Below, one piece after another: positions 23,526 to 34,175 of a stretch of 64,000 nt of DNA; position 1 is the first letter of the stretch, and every line of letters begins with the position of its first letter. Origin of the DNA: Rebecca billardiae RCC1528 (lineage: Eukaryota > Protista > Haptophyta); the NCBI GenBank assembly GCA_965240325.2, contig OZ251227.1, forward strand, positions 2,046,001-2,110,000. The letters are read 5' to 3'. The notes below the pieces were generated by a model that ran no database searches, was not told where the DNA came from, and worked only from the letters and a program-made list of their open reading frames with translations. The position numbers and the translations under genes were made by a program.

Positions 23526-24386
23526 CTATCTCCGTCGGTGCGTCGCGCCGAGCGCGTACCGCGGTGGTCGGCGGCTGAACTCCCACGAGTCGACGAGGAA
23601 GACTCGACACGAGGACTGCGCCAGCTGCGCGCGCAAACGCGCCAGCAGCGCCTCGCCGCGCGCGCGGTACTGCGCCCTGTGCGCCTTGCCGCCCACGAAC
23701 GTGTGCATCTCGACGTAGGCGAAGTCCAGGCCGCACAGAACCCCGCTCTCCACCAGCCTGGGCAGCAGCTCGAGCTCGGCCCCCTCCACGTCCATGTAGA
23801 GCCCCACGCGCCCGCGCACGCCCGCGCTCGGCAGCGCGCGCTCCAGCACGTGCTGCCGGATGAACTGGGCGAGGTCGACGACGGTGACCGGCACGTGCTT
23901 CGCGCGTGGGCCCGAGGGCAGCGAGCCCAGGCTGCGCTGCGCGCTCTCCTCGGTCATGCGCGATTGGTGCGGTGGCGTGTACGACAGGTCGGCGGTGCCG
24001 TTGCGCAGCCCTGCGGCCGTGCGCAGGAAGAGCGCCACGCGGAAGCCGCGACCGATGTACGCGTCGCGCAGGGCGGCGAGATGCGCCTCGGCGGCGGGGC
24101 TAGCCTCCATCCCGATCGCGCACAGCGTGCGATCGCGCGCCCGGGCCGTGCCCAGGTACTCGTCGTAGTACGATTGGATGGGCGCGCCCGGCCGCTGCTC
24201 GGGCTCAAACAGGTTCTGCAGGTGCGTGCCGACGTTGCTGCCGATGTCGAGGAGGACCGTCGCGCAGCCGTCAGCGGCGGCCGTGATGCCTCCACCGACC
24301 ACCCTCGCGCCAGAGCAGAGCAGCAGCATGGGTACGGCACCTGCCCAGCATGGGCTCCTGCCCGCTCGTCGGCGCAACGCCGCCAT
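23526..24386 (-). CDS. FkbM-like SAM-dependent methyltransferase (start uncertain: 24386 or 24329)
   Basis: VLLDIGSNVG, GMEASP, LYMDVEGAELELLPRL. Hydrophobic N-terminal segment. Confidence 0.75.
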   Translation of the reverse strand: MAALRRRAGRSPCWAGAVPMLLLCSGARVVGGGITAAADGCATVLLDIGSNVGTHLQNLFEPEQRPGAPIQSYYDEYLGTARARDRTLCAIGMEASPAAEAHLAALRDAYIGRGFRVALFLRTAAGLRNGTADLSYTPPHQSRMTEESAQRSLGSLPSGPRAKHVPVTVVDLAQFIRQHVLERALPSAGVRGRVGLYMDVEGAELELLPRLVESGVLCGLDFAYVEMHTFVGGKAHRAQYRARGEALLARLRAQLAQSSCRVFLVDSWEFSRRPPRYALGATHRRR

Positions 24387-24474
24387 CGTCGTTCCCGCGC
24401 GGCCACACCACTGGCCGCTGCTGGAGTGCTGGAGCGGGAGGGCGGACGCGAGACGTCGAGAAGCGTCCTTCAGC

Positions 24475-25908
24475 ATGCCGGCGCGGCTCGCCCTCGTCGC
24501 GCCGCTCGCAGCGCTGGCGCTCGTCGGCGGCGTCGGCATCCAGCGCGGCCGCCTGCTCCCCCAAGCCCGCGCACGAGCACTCACCCTGCGCGCCGCACTC
24601 CGGCTCGGCCCGTCGGCGGCGGAGGGCGGCGCGCCTGTCGCCGCACCCGCGCTCGTCGGCTTTGAGAACTTTGTGCGCACCAACCCGCGCTCCGACCGCT
24701 TCGAGGTGCTGGGCCTGGATCACCTGGAGTTCTACTGCGCCGACGCGACGACAACGTGCGCGCGCTTCCTGAATGCCCTGGACATGGAGCTCGTCGGCCG
24801 CCTCGACGCGGGCGGCGCGCGCAGCCTGTGCGCACAGAGCGGCAACGTGCGATTCGTCTTCACCGCGCCCACGGCCACTTCACCCGGCGCCGAGGGGGCG
24901 CCGCTCGGGTTCGACGCGGCGTGCGCGCGAGACTTTGTCGAGGCGCACGGGCTGGGCGTGCGCGCCATCGCCATCCACGTCGCCGACGCCGTCGCCGCGT
25001 ACGACGCATGCGTGGCCAACGGCGGCGCAGGCGTGCGCCAGCCACAGGCGCGCGAGGGCGTCGCGGGCGCGCGCGTGACGAGCGCCGAGGTGGCGCTGTA
25101 CGGCAACGTCGTGCTCCGCCTCCTCAGCACGTCCGGATCGGCCGGCGAGGCCACCGAGCCCCTCGCGCTCCTGCCGGGCTACGCGCCCGTCGACGAGCCG
25201 GGCGCGCAGCTGCCGGGCGCGCGCGCCACGCCGCCGCTCATCCGGGTGGACCACGTGGTCGGCAACGTGCCCTCGCTCACCGAGCCGTGGGGGCGCATCG
25301 CGCGGATGACGGGGTTCCACGAGTTCGCCGAGTTCACCGCCGAGGACGTCGGCACCGTCGACTCCGGCCTCAACTCGGTCGTGCTCGCCTCGAACAGCGA
25401 GACAGTCCTGCTGCCGATCAACGAGCCGACTCACGGCACGCGGCGCGTGTCGCAGATCCAGACGTACCTGGACGCGCACGGCGGGCCGGGCGTGCAGCAC
25501 ATCGCGCTGTTCACGCCGGACATCTTCAGCACCGTGCGCGAGATGCGCGCGCGCACGCCCCGCGGCGGCTTCGCCTTCATGCCGCGCCCGTCGAGCGCGT
25601 ACTACGCCGAGCTGGCCGAGCGGCTCGGGCTGGGCGCGAGCGACGCGCCGCTCACCGCCGCCGAGCTGGCGGAGGCGGAGGAGCTGGGGATCCTCGTCGA
25701 CCGCGACGACCAGGGCGTGCTGCTGCAGATCTTCACGACGCCCGTCGGCGACCGGCCCACCCTCTTCATCGAGATCATCCAGCGGCTCGGCTGCGAGGAC
25801 GAGGGCGGCGCAGCCGCCGTCGGCGGGTGCGGCGGCTTCGGCAAGGGCAACTTCCGCGAGCTCTTCAAGAGCGTCGAGGACTTCCTTGCGGACGCGGAGG
25901 CGGCGTAG
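24475..25908 (+). CDS. HPD: 4-hydroxyphenylpyruvate dioxygenase with N-terminal signal/transit-like extension
   Basis: FVRTNPRSDRF, DHVVGNVP, FHEFAEFTAEDVGT.DSGLNSVVLA, QIQTYL..H.GPGVQHIAL, LLQIFT, FIEIIQR, GGFGKGNF.ELF. Confidence 0.97.
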   Translation: MPARLALVAPLAALALVGGVGIQRGRLLPQARARALTLRAALRLGPSAAEGGAPVAAPALVGFENFVRTNPRSDRFEVLGLDHLEFYCADATTTCARFLNALDMELVGRLDAGGARSLCAQSGNVRFVFTAPTATSPGAEGAPLGFDAACARDFVEAHGLGVRAIAIHVADAVAAYDACVANGGAGVRQPQAREGVAGARVTSAEVALYGNVVLRLLSTSGSAGEATEPLALLPGYAPVDEPGAQLPGARATPPLIRVDHVVGNVPSLTEPWGRIARMTGFHEFAEFTAEDVGTVDSGLNSVVLASNSETVLLPINEPTHGTRRVSQIQTYLDAHGGPGVQHIALFTPDIFSTVREMRARTPRGGFAFMPRPSSAYYAELAERLGLGASDAPLTAAELAEAEELGILVDRDDQGVLLQIFTTPVGDRPTLFIEIIQRLGCEDEGGAAAVGGCGGFGKGNFRELFKSVEDFLADAEAA

Positions 25909-26355
25909 CACAGTCCGCCGCCAGCCCGAGCCGCGGCGGAGCGCGCGCCTCTCGCCTCGCCTCGCCCCCGCGCGCCCGTCGTCGGCTCTTGCGCGTGGCG
26001 CGACGAGTCGTCAGGGCACTCGCGGCTCGGCCGACACGTCGCCCGGGCGCCCCAGTCGGACTCTCGTCGACTAGGAGTCCTCGATCCCAACCAACTTCGG
26101 CAGACAATGGGCATTCCCTTCACTCCTCGGACGAGCCCTGACGTACGCGAGCTTCATCACGACGCTGCACTGACGTGCGGGCGCCTGCTTTTTATTGTCG
26201 CGTCATTTTCATTTCCAATGCCCGCTGTGCATCCCGAAGCGGTTTGGCCGCATCAGACCGATAGAGATTCCTCCGCTGCCTACAATGAGAGGTACGAGAG
26301 TACCCGCCGATGGGTAGTCAAAATCCATTTTCAACGGCTTGAAGCACGCCTATTG

Positions 26356-27431
26356 GAGGCCACTTCACCGAAATCCAGGTTGGGGAGGATCTCCGCTGCA
26401 CTGGTGGGGAGGATGTCATCCTCCCCGCTCGCCACGGCTGGGGAGGATGTCCGCCGCGCTGTCCGGTCTTTCGCCGCTGACAAAACTTTCGAAAACGAAA
26501 GTCGCGCTATGGCGGACCCGGTGTTCCCGCCCGGCGGCGAAAGGGGCGCGGGGCCGGTGGCTCGCGATCCGAAGGGCAGTAGCTCGCGACCTCGCTTGGG
26601 CGGTGGCAGCGGCGCTGTGGCACGGCGTGTACCATCCGCGCGGCTGTGCGCGATCGCGCGGTCCCGTTCGTCGCCACGCCGCGCGCGACCGTTCACGCCA
26701 CAGTCTTTCCGCACTGGCATGCACCCGTTGCAAGCGCATGACGGCGGAGAGCTCAGAGAGCCCGTCACGCGCGTGACGACCGTGTGGGATGGGTTGTGCC
26801 GATATGAAGGCTGCCCTTCGTAGGCTTTCTGATGAGCCCATCCAACGTTCAGACCATTCCTAACTGCTGAAAGATGAGTCATCGCCTGCCACACGGCCAT
26901 GGAGTTGTGGACAGTACAGCAGCCGTCCATGATCCTCATGCCCGCCTCATGGGCCGGCGCGTGCCTCCCTGAACATGAAGACAAGCTGTACAACCCATCC
27001 CACACGGTCGTCACGCGCGTGACGGGCTCTCTGAGCTCTCCGCCGTCATGCGCTTGCGACGGGTGCATGCCAGTGCGGAAAGACTGTGGCGTGAACGGTC
27101 GCGCGCGGCGTGGCGACGAACGGGACCGCGCGATCGCGCACAGCCGCGCGGATGGTACACGCCGTGCCACAGCGCCGCTGCCACCGCCCAAGCGAGGTCG
27201 CGTGCTACTGCCCTTCGGATCGCGAGCCACCGGCCCCGCGCCCCTTTCGCCGCCGGGCGGGAACACCGGGTCCGCCATAGCGCGACTTTCGTTTTCGAAA
27301 GTTTTGTCAGCGGCGAAAGACCGGACAGCGCGGCGGACATCCTCCCCAGCCGTGGCGAGCGGGGAGGATGACATCCTCCCCACCAGTGCAGCGGAGATCC
27401 TCCCCAACCTGGATTTCGGTGAAGTGGCCTC
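26356..27431. mobile_element. Non-autonomous foldback/long-TIR element: 442-bp inverted arms, 192-bp spacer, flanking target-site duplication
   Basis: 26356-26797 is the near-perfect reverse complement of 26990-27431. TATTG lies immediately outside both ends (CTATTGG if the termini are trimmed by 1 nt). Confidence 0.9.
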
Positions 27432-27432
27432 T

Positions 27433-27548
27433 ATTGGCTGAAAGTTTGTAGATACCAAAGATCTTTTCAAAATAATGATGTCGCTTTTCTGGCGGCCGGT
27501 TCAGCCAATCAGCTGTTAGATTTTGACGGACGTGGAAGTTGAGCCAAT
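27433..27548. promoter_or_regulatory. CCAAT-box cluster upstream of ParA copy 1
   Basis: ATTGGCT at 27433; AGCCAATCAG with CCAAT at 27505 and 27544. Confidence 0.45.
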
Positions 27549-27747
27549 CAGGGCTTTGAAAGATAATTATTCCCAGACTCCAAACTTCTCGATGCGAAAT
27601 TGGCGGTCGCATCTCTGCCTCGCGAGGCCACATCTCGGCGTCGTCGGCGAGTCGGCGAGGAAAAACAACGGGACAGCCGACGACAGGCGTACCTTCACGA
27701 GTTGCCGACGACCCTAGCCTGCGGGCCATCTTCGATCCGTGATCACC

Positions 27748-29351
27748 ATGGCGGACGCGCCCGCGGCTGCGACCCCAAAGAAGAGCAAAACCCGCCCGCC
27801 GGGCGTCTACAAGATCGAAAAGAGGGTGGAGGCCTACAAGGACCGCGTGAAGGCGCACAAGGTCGGACCCGGGACAAAGGGGACGCCGCTGCCCGCGAAG
27901 AAGCCGCCGACGATCATCGCGCTGTACAACTTCAAGGGTGGCGTTGGCAAGACGACCAACCTCATCAACATCGCAACGACGATGGCCGCGACAAAGCGGG
28001 TGCTGATCGTCGACGCCGATCCGCAGTGCAACGTCACCACCTTCTTCATCCCTTCTGTGGATGACGCGGCCGAGAAGGGTGCTCAGCCTGCAGGCGGCCC
28101 GGCTGATGGTCACGGCGATGGGGACGGCGGGGCCCCTGCGCCAGTGGCATCATCTTCGAGCGGCATCCGCGCGGCTGAGGACCCGCTGCCCGCGGGTGCT
28201 GTGGGCAAGCCGCACTCCATGGCGCAGATCGACAATGCCGTGCTCTACACGGAGTACGGCGTCGACGACCTCGACGTGCTGCTAGCTCCCGCGTTCGAGG
28301 GCGAGATCGCCGCGCTCGTGCCGCCAGACAAGTACCTCACTCCGGAGCCCATCGAGCTGGACGACGGCTCGGCATCGTGGCCTGCCCACAACCTGCTGCT
28401 CATCCCAGGCAGCCCGACCGTCGCGCTGCTCGAGCGCAGCATCGGCAAGGCCGAAGGCATGGACGCGCCCGTCAAACTGGGCGCGTTCCGCAAGCTGCTG
28501 CTGGCGTCCGCGGAGGTCACGGGCGCCGAGGTGGTGCTCGTCGACCTGGGCCCGTCTGCCTCGCCACTGAACATCGTGCGCGCTGCGCGCCCGCGCACGG
28601 CGCCCCATCCGGCGGGATCCGGCCAGCGCGTACGTCCGCCATCCTTGCGCACACTTCACCGCACAACCGTCTCACACTCGTGTGCCCACCGTGCGTGTGC
28701 GTCACATTGTGCTGTGGTTTCTGGCTGTGGCCATGATGACCGCCCTCCGACTGCGCGCAGTGCTTCCTCCTCTCGTGCGACTACATCTTGCCGCCGGTGT
28801 TCGCTGACTCGTACTCGACGTTCAGCATGCACAAGCTGCTGGTGTTCCTCGTGCCCGAGCTCAAGGCTGAGCACTCGAAGATCATCCGCGCGCAGGGCGA
28901 TGCTGGGCCGAACGGCAAGCTGCAGGGCGAGATCACCGCGCGGCAGCAGGAGCTCGGGTACGCGTTCAACCGGAAGATGCCGCGGCTGCTGCCGTTCATC
29001 TTCACCAACTACATAGCCGCGCAGAACAACGTGCTGCGGATCCAGCCCGCACGCTTCGTGGTGCTGGCGCAGAACATCTTGGAGCGGCAGGACGTGCTCA
29101 ACGCGAGCTCGGACCTCTTCCTCCCGCACAACGGCAGCATGACCCTGTGCCTCTGCAAGAACCTCGGCCAAGTGCAGGGCGCGTCGCTGTCAGCGGGCGT
29201 GGCTGCTGCTCACCTCACCGAGCAGCACTTGAGGGAGGAGCGCATCATGAATCCGGCCAAGAAGATCGCGCTGATGCAGATTACCTACGCTCGCAAGCGC
29301 TACGCAGCGTTCGTGGAGTGGCTGCTCGACGTGTGCGTCAGCGGCAAGTGA
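27748..29351 (+). CDS. ParA/Soj/MinD-family P-loop ATPase, copy 1 (472 aa). Exons 27748-28575 and 28761-29351
   Basis: Deviant Walker A YNFKGGVGKTT, VLIVDADPQCN, LLLIPGS, Walker B VVLVDLGPS. Intron 28576-28760 gives SPLNI|CFLLSCDYILPPVFAD. Lys-rich N-terminus PKKSKTR. Confidence 0.9.
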
Positions 29352-29667
29352 AGTCGTTGTCGAGAGTCTTCGATCACCGAATGCGCACGCATGCAGCAGT
29401 AGTCGTGCACTTCGTGCAGCGTGCAGCGCGCAGTGGTGCGTATACGATTTTCATCATCTACGTACTCCATATCGTCATTGTCATGTGATCCGGCTGATCC
29501 GCCTCGCCGTCAGCAGCAGACGAGACATGCAGAAACTCATCAGCAGATCGGATGATTGTCAGATCGATTCGACAGATCGCGCGCATCGATCGTACTTCGC
29601 GGCAATCAGCATATGCGGCTCAGACTGGGCAGCGCAGGGCAGCCTGCTGCGGCACCGGGGCACGTAG

Positions 29668-31806
29668 TCACAATAAGGCCTTCGGCGGCGGCGCTGCCGA
29701 ATCGATGCCGGCGCCAATCTCATCCCGGACCTGCCGCAGCTTGCGGTGCTCTGGGAGCAGGTGGTGCTCCGCCTCGAGCGCGCGCGCCGCCTCCCGCGCC
29801 ACGCGCGCGCCCTCCGGATCGCCGCACGCCATCAGCGCGAGGCCGAGGTTGGCGCGCGCAAACGCCGCGCGCCGATCGCGGCCGGCGCGCTCGAGCCCGT
29901 CCGCCGCGCGCGTGTGGAGCTCGGCGGCGGCGCGCGCGTCGCCCTGCGCGCAGAGGACGGAGCCGAGCGTATCGAGCGTGTCGACGGTGTCGGGCGCCTC
30001 GGCGCCGAGGCTCGCCTCCCGCCCGGCGAGCACGGCGCGCGCCAGGCCCTCCGCCTCCGCCAGCGCGCGCCCCGACTGCGCGAGCACGGCGCAGAGCGCG
30101 CCCATCGTCGCGTAGCACCGCGTGTCCTCGGCGCCCGCGCCGCCCTCGGCGCCGTACGCGCCCGCCCCCTCCTCCCCCGGCGGCGGCGCCGCGCCCGCGC
30201 CCGCCGGCGCCGCCTCGCGCGGCCCCTCGGCGCGCGCACGCAGCGTGTCTCTTAGGATGGCCTCCGCCTCGGCGAGGGCGCGCGGCTCGGCCGAGCCGGC
30301 GAGCGCGCGCGCGACCAGCTCGCGGCCCGCCAGCGTGAGCTTGTGCGCGGGCCCGTGCACGCGCTCGAGCGCGCTCAGGTTGCGCCGCGCGAGCGCCTTC
30401 GCCTCCGCGCACGCGCCGCGCGTGAGCAGGATGCGCGCGAGCGCGCCCCTCGACTCGAGGGTGGACGGGTGATTCGCGCCGAGGCCGGCCGCCGCCTCCT
30501 TCTGCGCGACCGTGCGCCGCGCGAGCTGCTCCGCCTCGAGCAGCGAGCCGCGCTCGGCGTGGAGCACCGTGAGGTTGTGCAGCGTGCGCAGCGTCTCCGG
30601 CGCCTCCGCGCCCAGCTGGCGCACGCGCCCGTCGAGCACGCGGCGGTACAGCGCCTCGGTCTCACCGAGCGGCGCGCCCTCCGCGCGAAGGATCGCCAGG
30701 TTCTCGACCGAGGTGAGCGTGCTCGGGTGCTCCGCGCCGAGCCGCGCCTCCTTGCCCGCGACGGCGCGCGAGTAGAGCGCCTCCGCCTCGGCGCGGTGCG
30801 CCGGGCCGCGCGCCTTGAGCAGCACCGCGAGGTTGTTCGCCGTGGCCAGCGTGTCTGGGTGCCCAGGCCCCAGCTCCGGACTCGCCTCGCGTGCCGCCAG
30901 CTCAGCGCGGTACAGCCGCTCCGCCTCCGCCACGTGGCCCAGCCGGCGCAGCAGGACGGCGAGCTTGTGCCGCAGCTTGAGCGGGCGCGCGGGCGAGCCG
31001 CTCGCCTCGAGCTCGCGCAGCGCACGCCGGCCGCACCCGCCGAGCCACTCGCGCAGCGCCGCGCCCACCGCCACGTTGAGCGCGTGGAAGCCCACCCCCG
31101 CCTGCACGGCCTCGCAGATGCTGCGCCGGTCCGTCGCGGAGGACGCGGCCGAGCGCTCGACGTCGACGCGCGAGAGCGCGGCGGCGATCGAGTCGAAGTC
31201 GTCGACGAGCGCGGTCTCGAACGCCCGGCGCGCCGAGCGCGGCATCGCGACCGAGAGCGCCGCGCCGCTCTCGACGGTGGCGTTGATCTCGAAGAGGCAC
31301 CACGCGCGCGTGAGCGCGAGCGGCGCGTGCCACGGCTCGAGGACGAGCACCGTCGTGCCGATGGCGTGCACGTTGGTCTGGAAGACGGCCGACCACCACT
31401 CGAACGGGCGCGTCGCGGTGTCCCACTGCGAGTTGGTCACGAGGTCGAGCCACCAGAACGCCTCGGCGGCGTGGCTGACGAAGCGCGTCGCGCGGCCGAG
31501 GTCGCCGGCGGAGCCAACGACGGTCGGCGTGCCATCCGCAGCCGGCGCATCCGCTGCCTGCCCGCCGTTCCCGCGCGCGAGCAGCTCGACGTACGAGCAG
31601 CGCGCGACGCGCGTGAGCGGCCGGATGAGCTCAAAGCACACGTCCTCGGTGCTGAGCGGCTCGCCGGCGCCGCGGGCCGAAGGGGGCTACTCCCACGCGC
31701 GGTGGGTGCGCGGCGGGCCTGGCTCGGGCGCACGCGCGCGGGCCATCTCCCGCAGCGCGCGCAGCACGCCGAGGCGAACGCCGCGTCTCTCGAAATCGGC
31801 CGCCAT
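29668..31806 (-). pseudogene. TIR/HET-like + kinesin-light-chain-type TPR gene, disrupted copy
   Basis: Relative to 42765-44972 it has a CAG>TAG stop at 31687-31689 and a 72-bp in-frame deletion at about 31470 that removes WGLAFGSLVEAL... Confidence 0.85.
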
Positions 31807-31969
31807 GCTGACGACGTCTCCAGTACAGGTCGCTGCGTCGTTTTTCGGACTGCTTCGTTTTTCGGACCCGGGCGATGGCGACAGTGGCTCGCTCATCGGC
31901 GGGTGCGTGGCGGGCGCGCCGCGGCAGGGCTGAGCAGCCTGTCGGCGCGTGGGGTGACGTGCCCGTCAC

Positions 31970-32640
31970 TATACGTTACCAGTCGGGTCGCGGTGCCTGC
32001 TGGCATCGTCCTCGGCCGCTCGCAGCTCAGGCGCTGCGCTGATCGGTACGCCCGCGCTTACGCTGTGCGCGCCGGCCGGGCCCAGCGCAAGCGCCTCGAT
32101 GAAGGCGGCTAAGGGCGTCAAGCCGTACTCGGTTGAGGCGCGAAAGCGGAGACCTACAAGATATAGCGCGCGGTAGTTGCCCAGAAGGCGGCTGCCATGC
32201 GGTGGTGTTGGGGCGCGCGGCTGCGTGCTCGGCCGACGACAACGAGCCCTCTGGCACGCTCTCATCATCGAAGTTGAGTGTGTTCACAGCCACGCCGGCG
32301 GGGATGCGCTGGAAGACTGCTCCAGCCTTCCGCGCCAACGTTGAGCTTGCCAAGCAGTAGTCGGCACGCCAGGCCGCCAAGCTCGCGCGCCTTCGTGAGC
32401 AGCACGAGGCCGAACTTGATGACGTGCGCTAGGCTGAGGCGGTGAGGTTCGACGCGGCTGAGCTCGCCGACCAGCTCGGTATCCTTCCTGTGCACGCCGT
32501 AGAGGTCGCCGCGCCGAAGCCGGACAACATGCGGCTCAATGATGGCCAGAATGACTCGTGATCGTTGCGGGAATTCAACCAGAAGAAGGCCGCGCGAACT
32601 GCGCAGAAGGAGGCGGAGGCGGCGCGTGCGCGCGCTGGCC
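31970..32640 (+). pseudogene. Decayed coding relic, possibly a transposase C-terminal region
   Basis: Coding-like helical text (FRANVELAKQ*SARQAAKLARLREQHEAELDDVR*AEAVRFD...REFNQKKAARTAQKEAEAARAR) broken by TAG/TGA stops. Family not identified. Confidence 0.4.
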
Positions 32641-33310
32641 GGCGGTCCGAAAGTTCACCAGGTCGACGTCGACGGCGAACGCCGGACGGTGCCCGCGGCG
32701 CAGGGTCTGGAGCTGACATCGACAGTCGCCTGGTGAGCATGCTTACCTGCCCCTGGGGTTGGATGCTACACGCACGTGATGTCTGGAATGTATGATGCCG
32801 TCAGCCCGACTCAAATGGCCTACCAGGCCGCAGCTGCTAGCAGACTCCGCGTGCATGCTGAGAGCATGCGGTCCGAAAGTGGTCGACGGTGCCCGCGGCG
32901 GAGCAGCCGCAGCTGCCGTCTGGGCGGCTAGCGCGGAAGCTGAGTGAGCATGTTCGTCCGTTCCTGAGGTGGTCTACTGCATGTATGTTATATCTAGAAT
33001 GCATGATGCCGTTAGCCCGACTCACACGGCTCACCAGGCAGCGGCTCTGACTCGGCGCGCGCGCTGAGAGCCCGCGGGTCCGAAAGTTGAAGCATGCCGT
33101 CGGCGGCCCCGTCGTGGAGCTCGTGGCGTCCGTGGGGCACATGGTAGTGGAACAAAGTCGTCTAAATGGTACATAGCCGCTGGGTTGTACCTCAGGCACA
33201 CCCTGGGGGTGCCGCCAGACGCGATCTCGAGCGCCGCAGACCCCCGGGGGCGCCGCCGCCATCGTGCACAAAAAGTGAACAGCAATCGGGTCCGAAAGTT
33301 GAAGCAGCGA
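32640..33310. repeat. Degenerate tandem repeat of about 210-225 bp, 3-4 units
   Basis: GGTCCGAAAGT at about 32644, 32870, 33077 and 33289. ATGATGCCGTYAGCCCGACTCA at about 32792 and 33003. Confidence 0.75.
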
Positions 33311-33499
33311 CCTGTAGTCATTACTCATTACCCCCACCTCTTGAAAGGCCGATAGGCGGCGGAAAATTTCACAGCAGGATGGCGGTCGCGCCAAACCTCG
33401 GCCCTCGTCGCCGTGGCAGCAACCGCGTCTTCGCGAGTTGGCGACCCTCGCCGCAGCGCGACACAGACAAGCCCGTGATGCCATCCGCAGAGGCATGAA

Positions 33500-34100
33500 A
33501 CGTCGAGCATGCAACATCGCCGCGCCATCCTCGTCCATCGCAGGCGCTGCGGGACGAGGCGGAAGTCGTCACGCCGGTGACGGATGCGCTGCGATTCGTG
33601 TGCCCGCGTGAGCAGCGCTTGCCCACTCTCGATCGCGAGTGGCACACGCTGTCGCTGTGCGCGCGCGCGCGCACAACCAACAGCTCCTCGTGCCGCCGAG
33701 CACGTGAGCGCCAGACCTGTCGAAGATGCGAAGAGCGACGACCGCGTGAACGTCAACGCGCTCGTGCTCAGCGTGGCGGCCGTGTACGACGTCAACGCGA
33801 CCTGCGCCGAGCCCATCATGCCTGGAGCGGACATCGGCAAGCATCCTCGCGACGACCGCTCTCGGCTGGCGTCAGGAGGACATGCACATGATCTACTCTG
33901 GCGGCTTCGTCGGCGGCGAGGCGCTCGATTACGCCATCGCGGTCGAGATGCAGCACATACAGCGCGTACCCGCGCTCGCGCGGAGCAACGGGCTACCCGC
34001 CCCGCCCCGCGTGCTGCACATTCCCTCGTGGGTGTGGGCCTCGCTGATGCGCACAGAGTACAGACGTGTACACGAGTGGGAGAACTTCACTCTTCAGGTG
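33500..34100 (+). pseudogene. Frameshifted coding relic ending in a Ulp1/C48-protease-like N-terminal fragment
   Basis: GFVGGEALDYAIAV...RVLHIPSWVWASLMRTEYRRVHEW loosely follows the Ulp1 pattern WLNDEVINFY...HFFNTFFY.KL...Y..V.RW. Truncated by repeat A. Confidence 0.3.
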
Positions 34101-34175
34101 TCACTGGTCCTCGCCCTCGGACTGTCCGTCACCCACGGCCACGAGAATGTGGAAAGACGCGAACCCGCAGAGGAA

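Larger units (their letters stand above)
27569..31820 (+). repeat. Segmental duplication copy 1 (ParA + TIR-like/TPR cassette)
   Basis: Direct repeat of 40514-44986. Identity starts at ATTCCCAGACTCC and ends at GACGACGTCTC. Confidence 0.97.

Noticed and set aside
26107-27470. ORFs of 238 and 379 aa across the foldback element as a transposase
   Set aside because: They only read through the inverted arms, and no DDE motif is recognisable.
27748-29351. Bacterial contamination or plastid MinD
   Set aside because: It has a canonical spliceosomal intron and host-like codon usage. The motifs are Soj/ParA-type and there is no targeting peptide.
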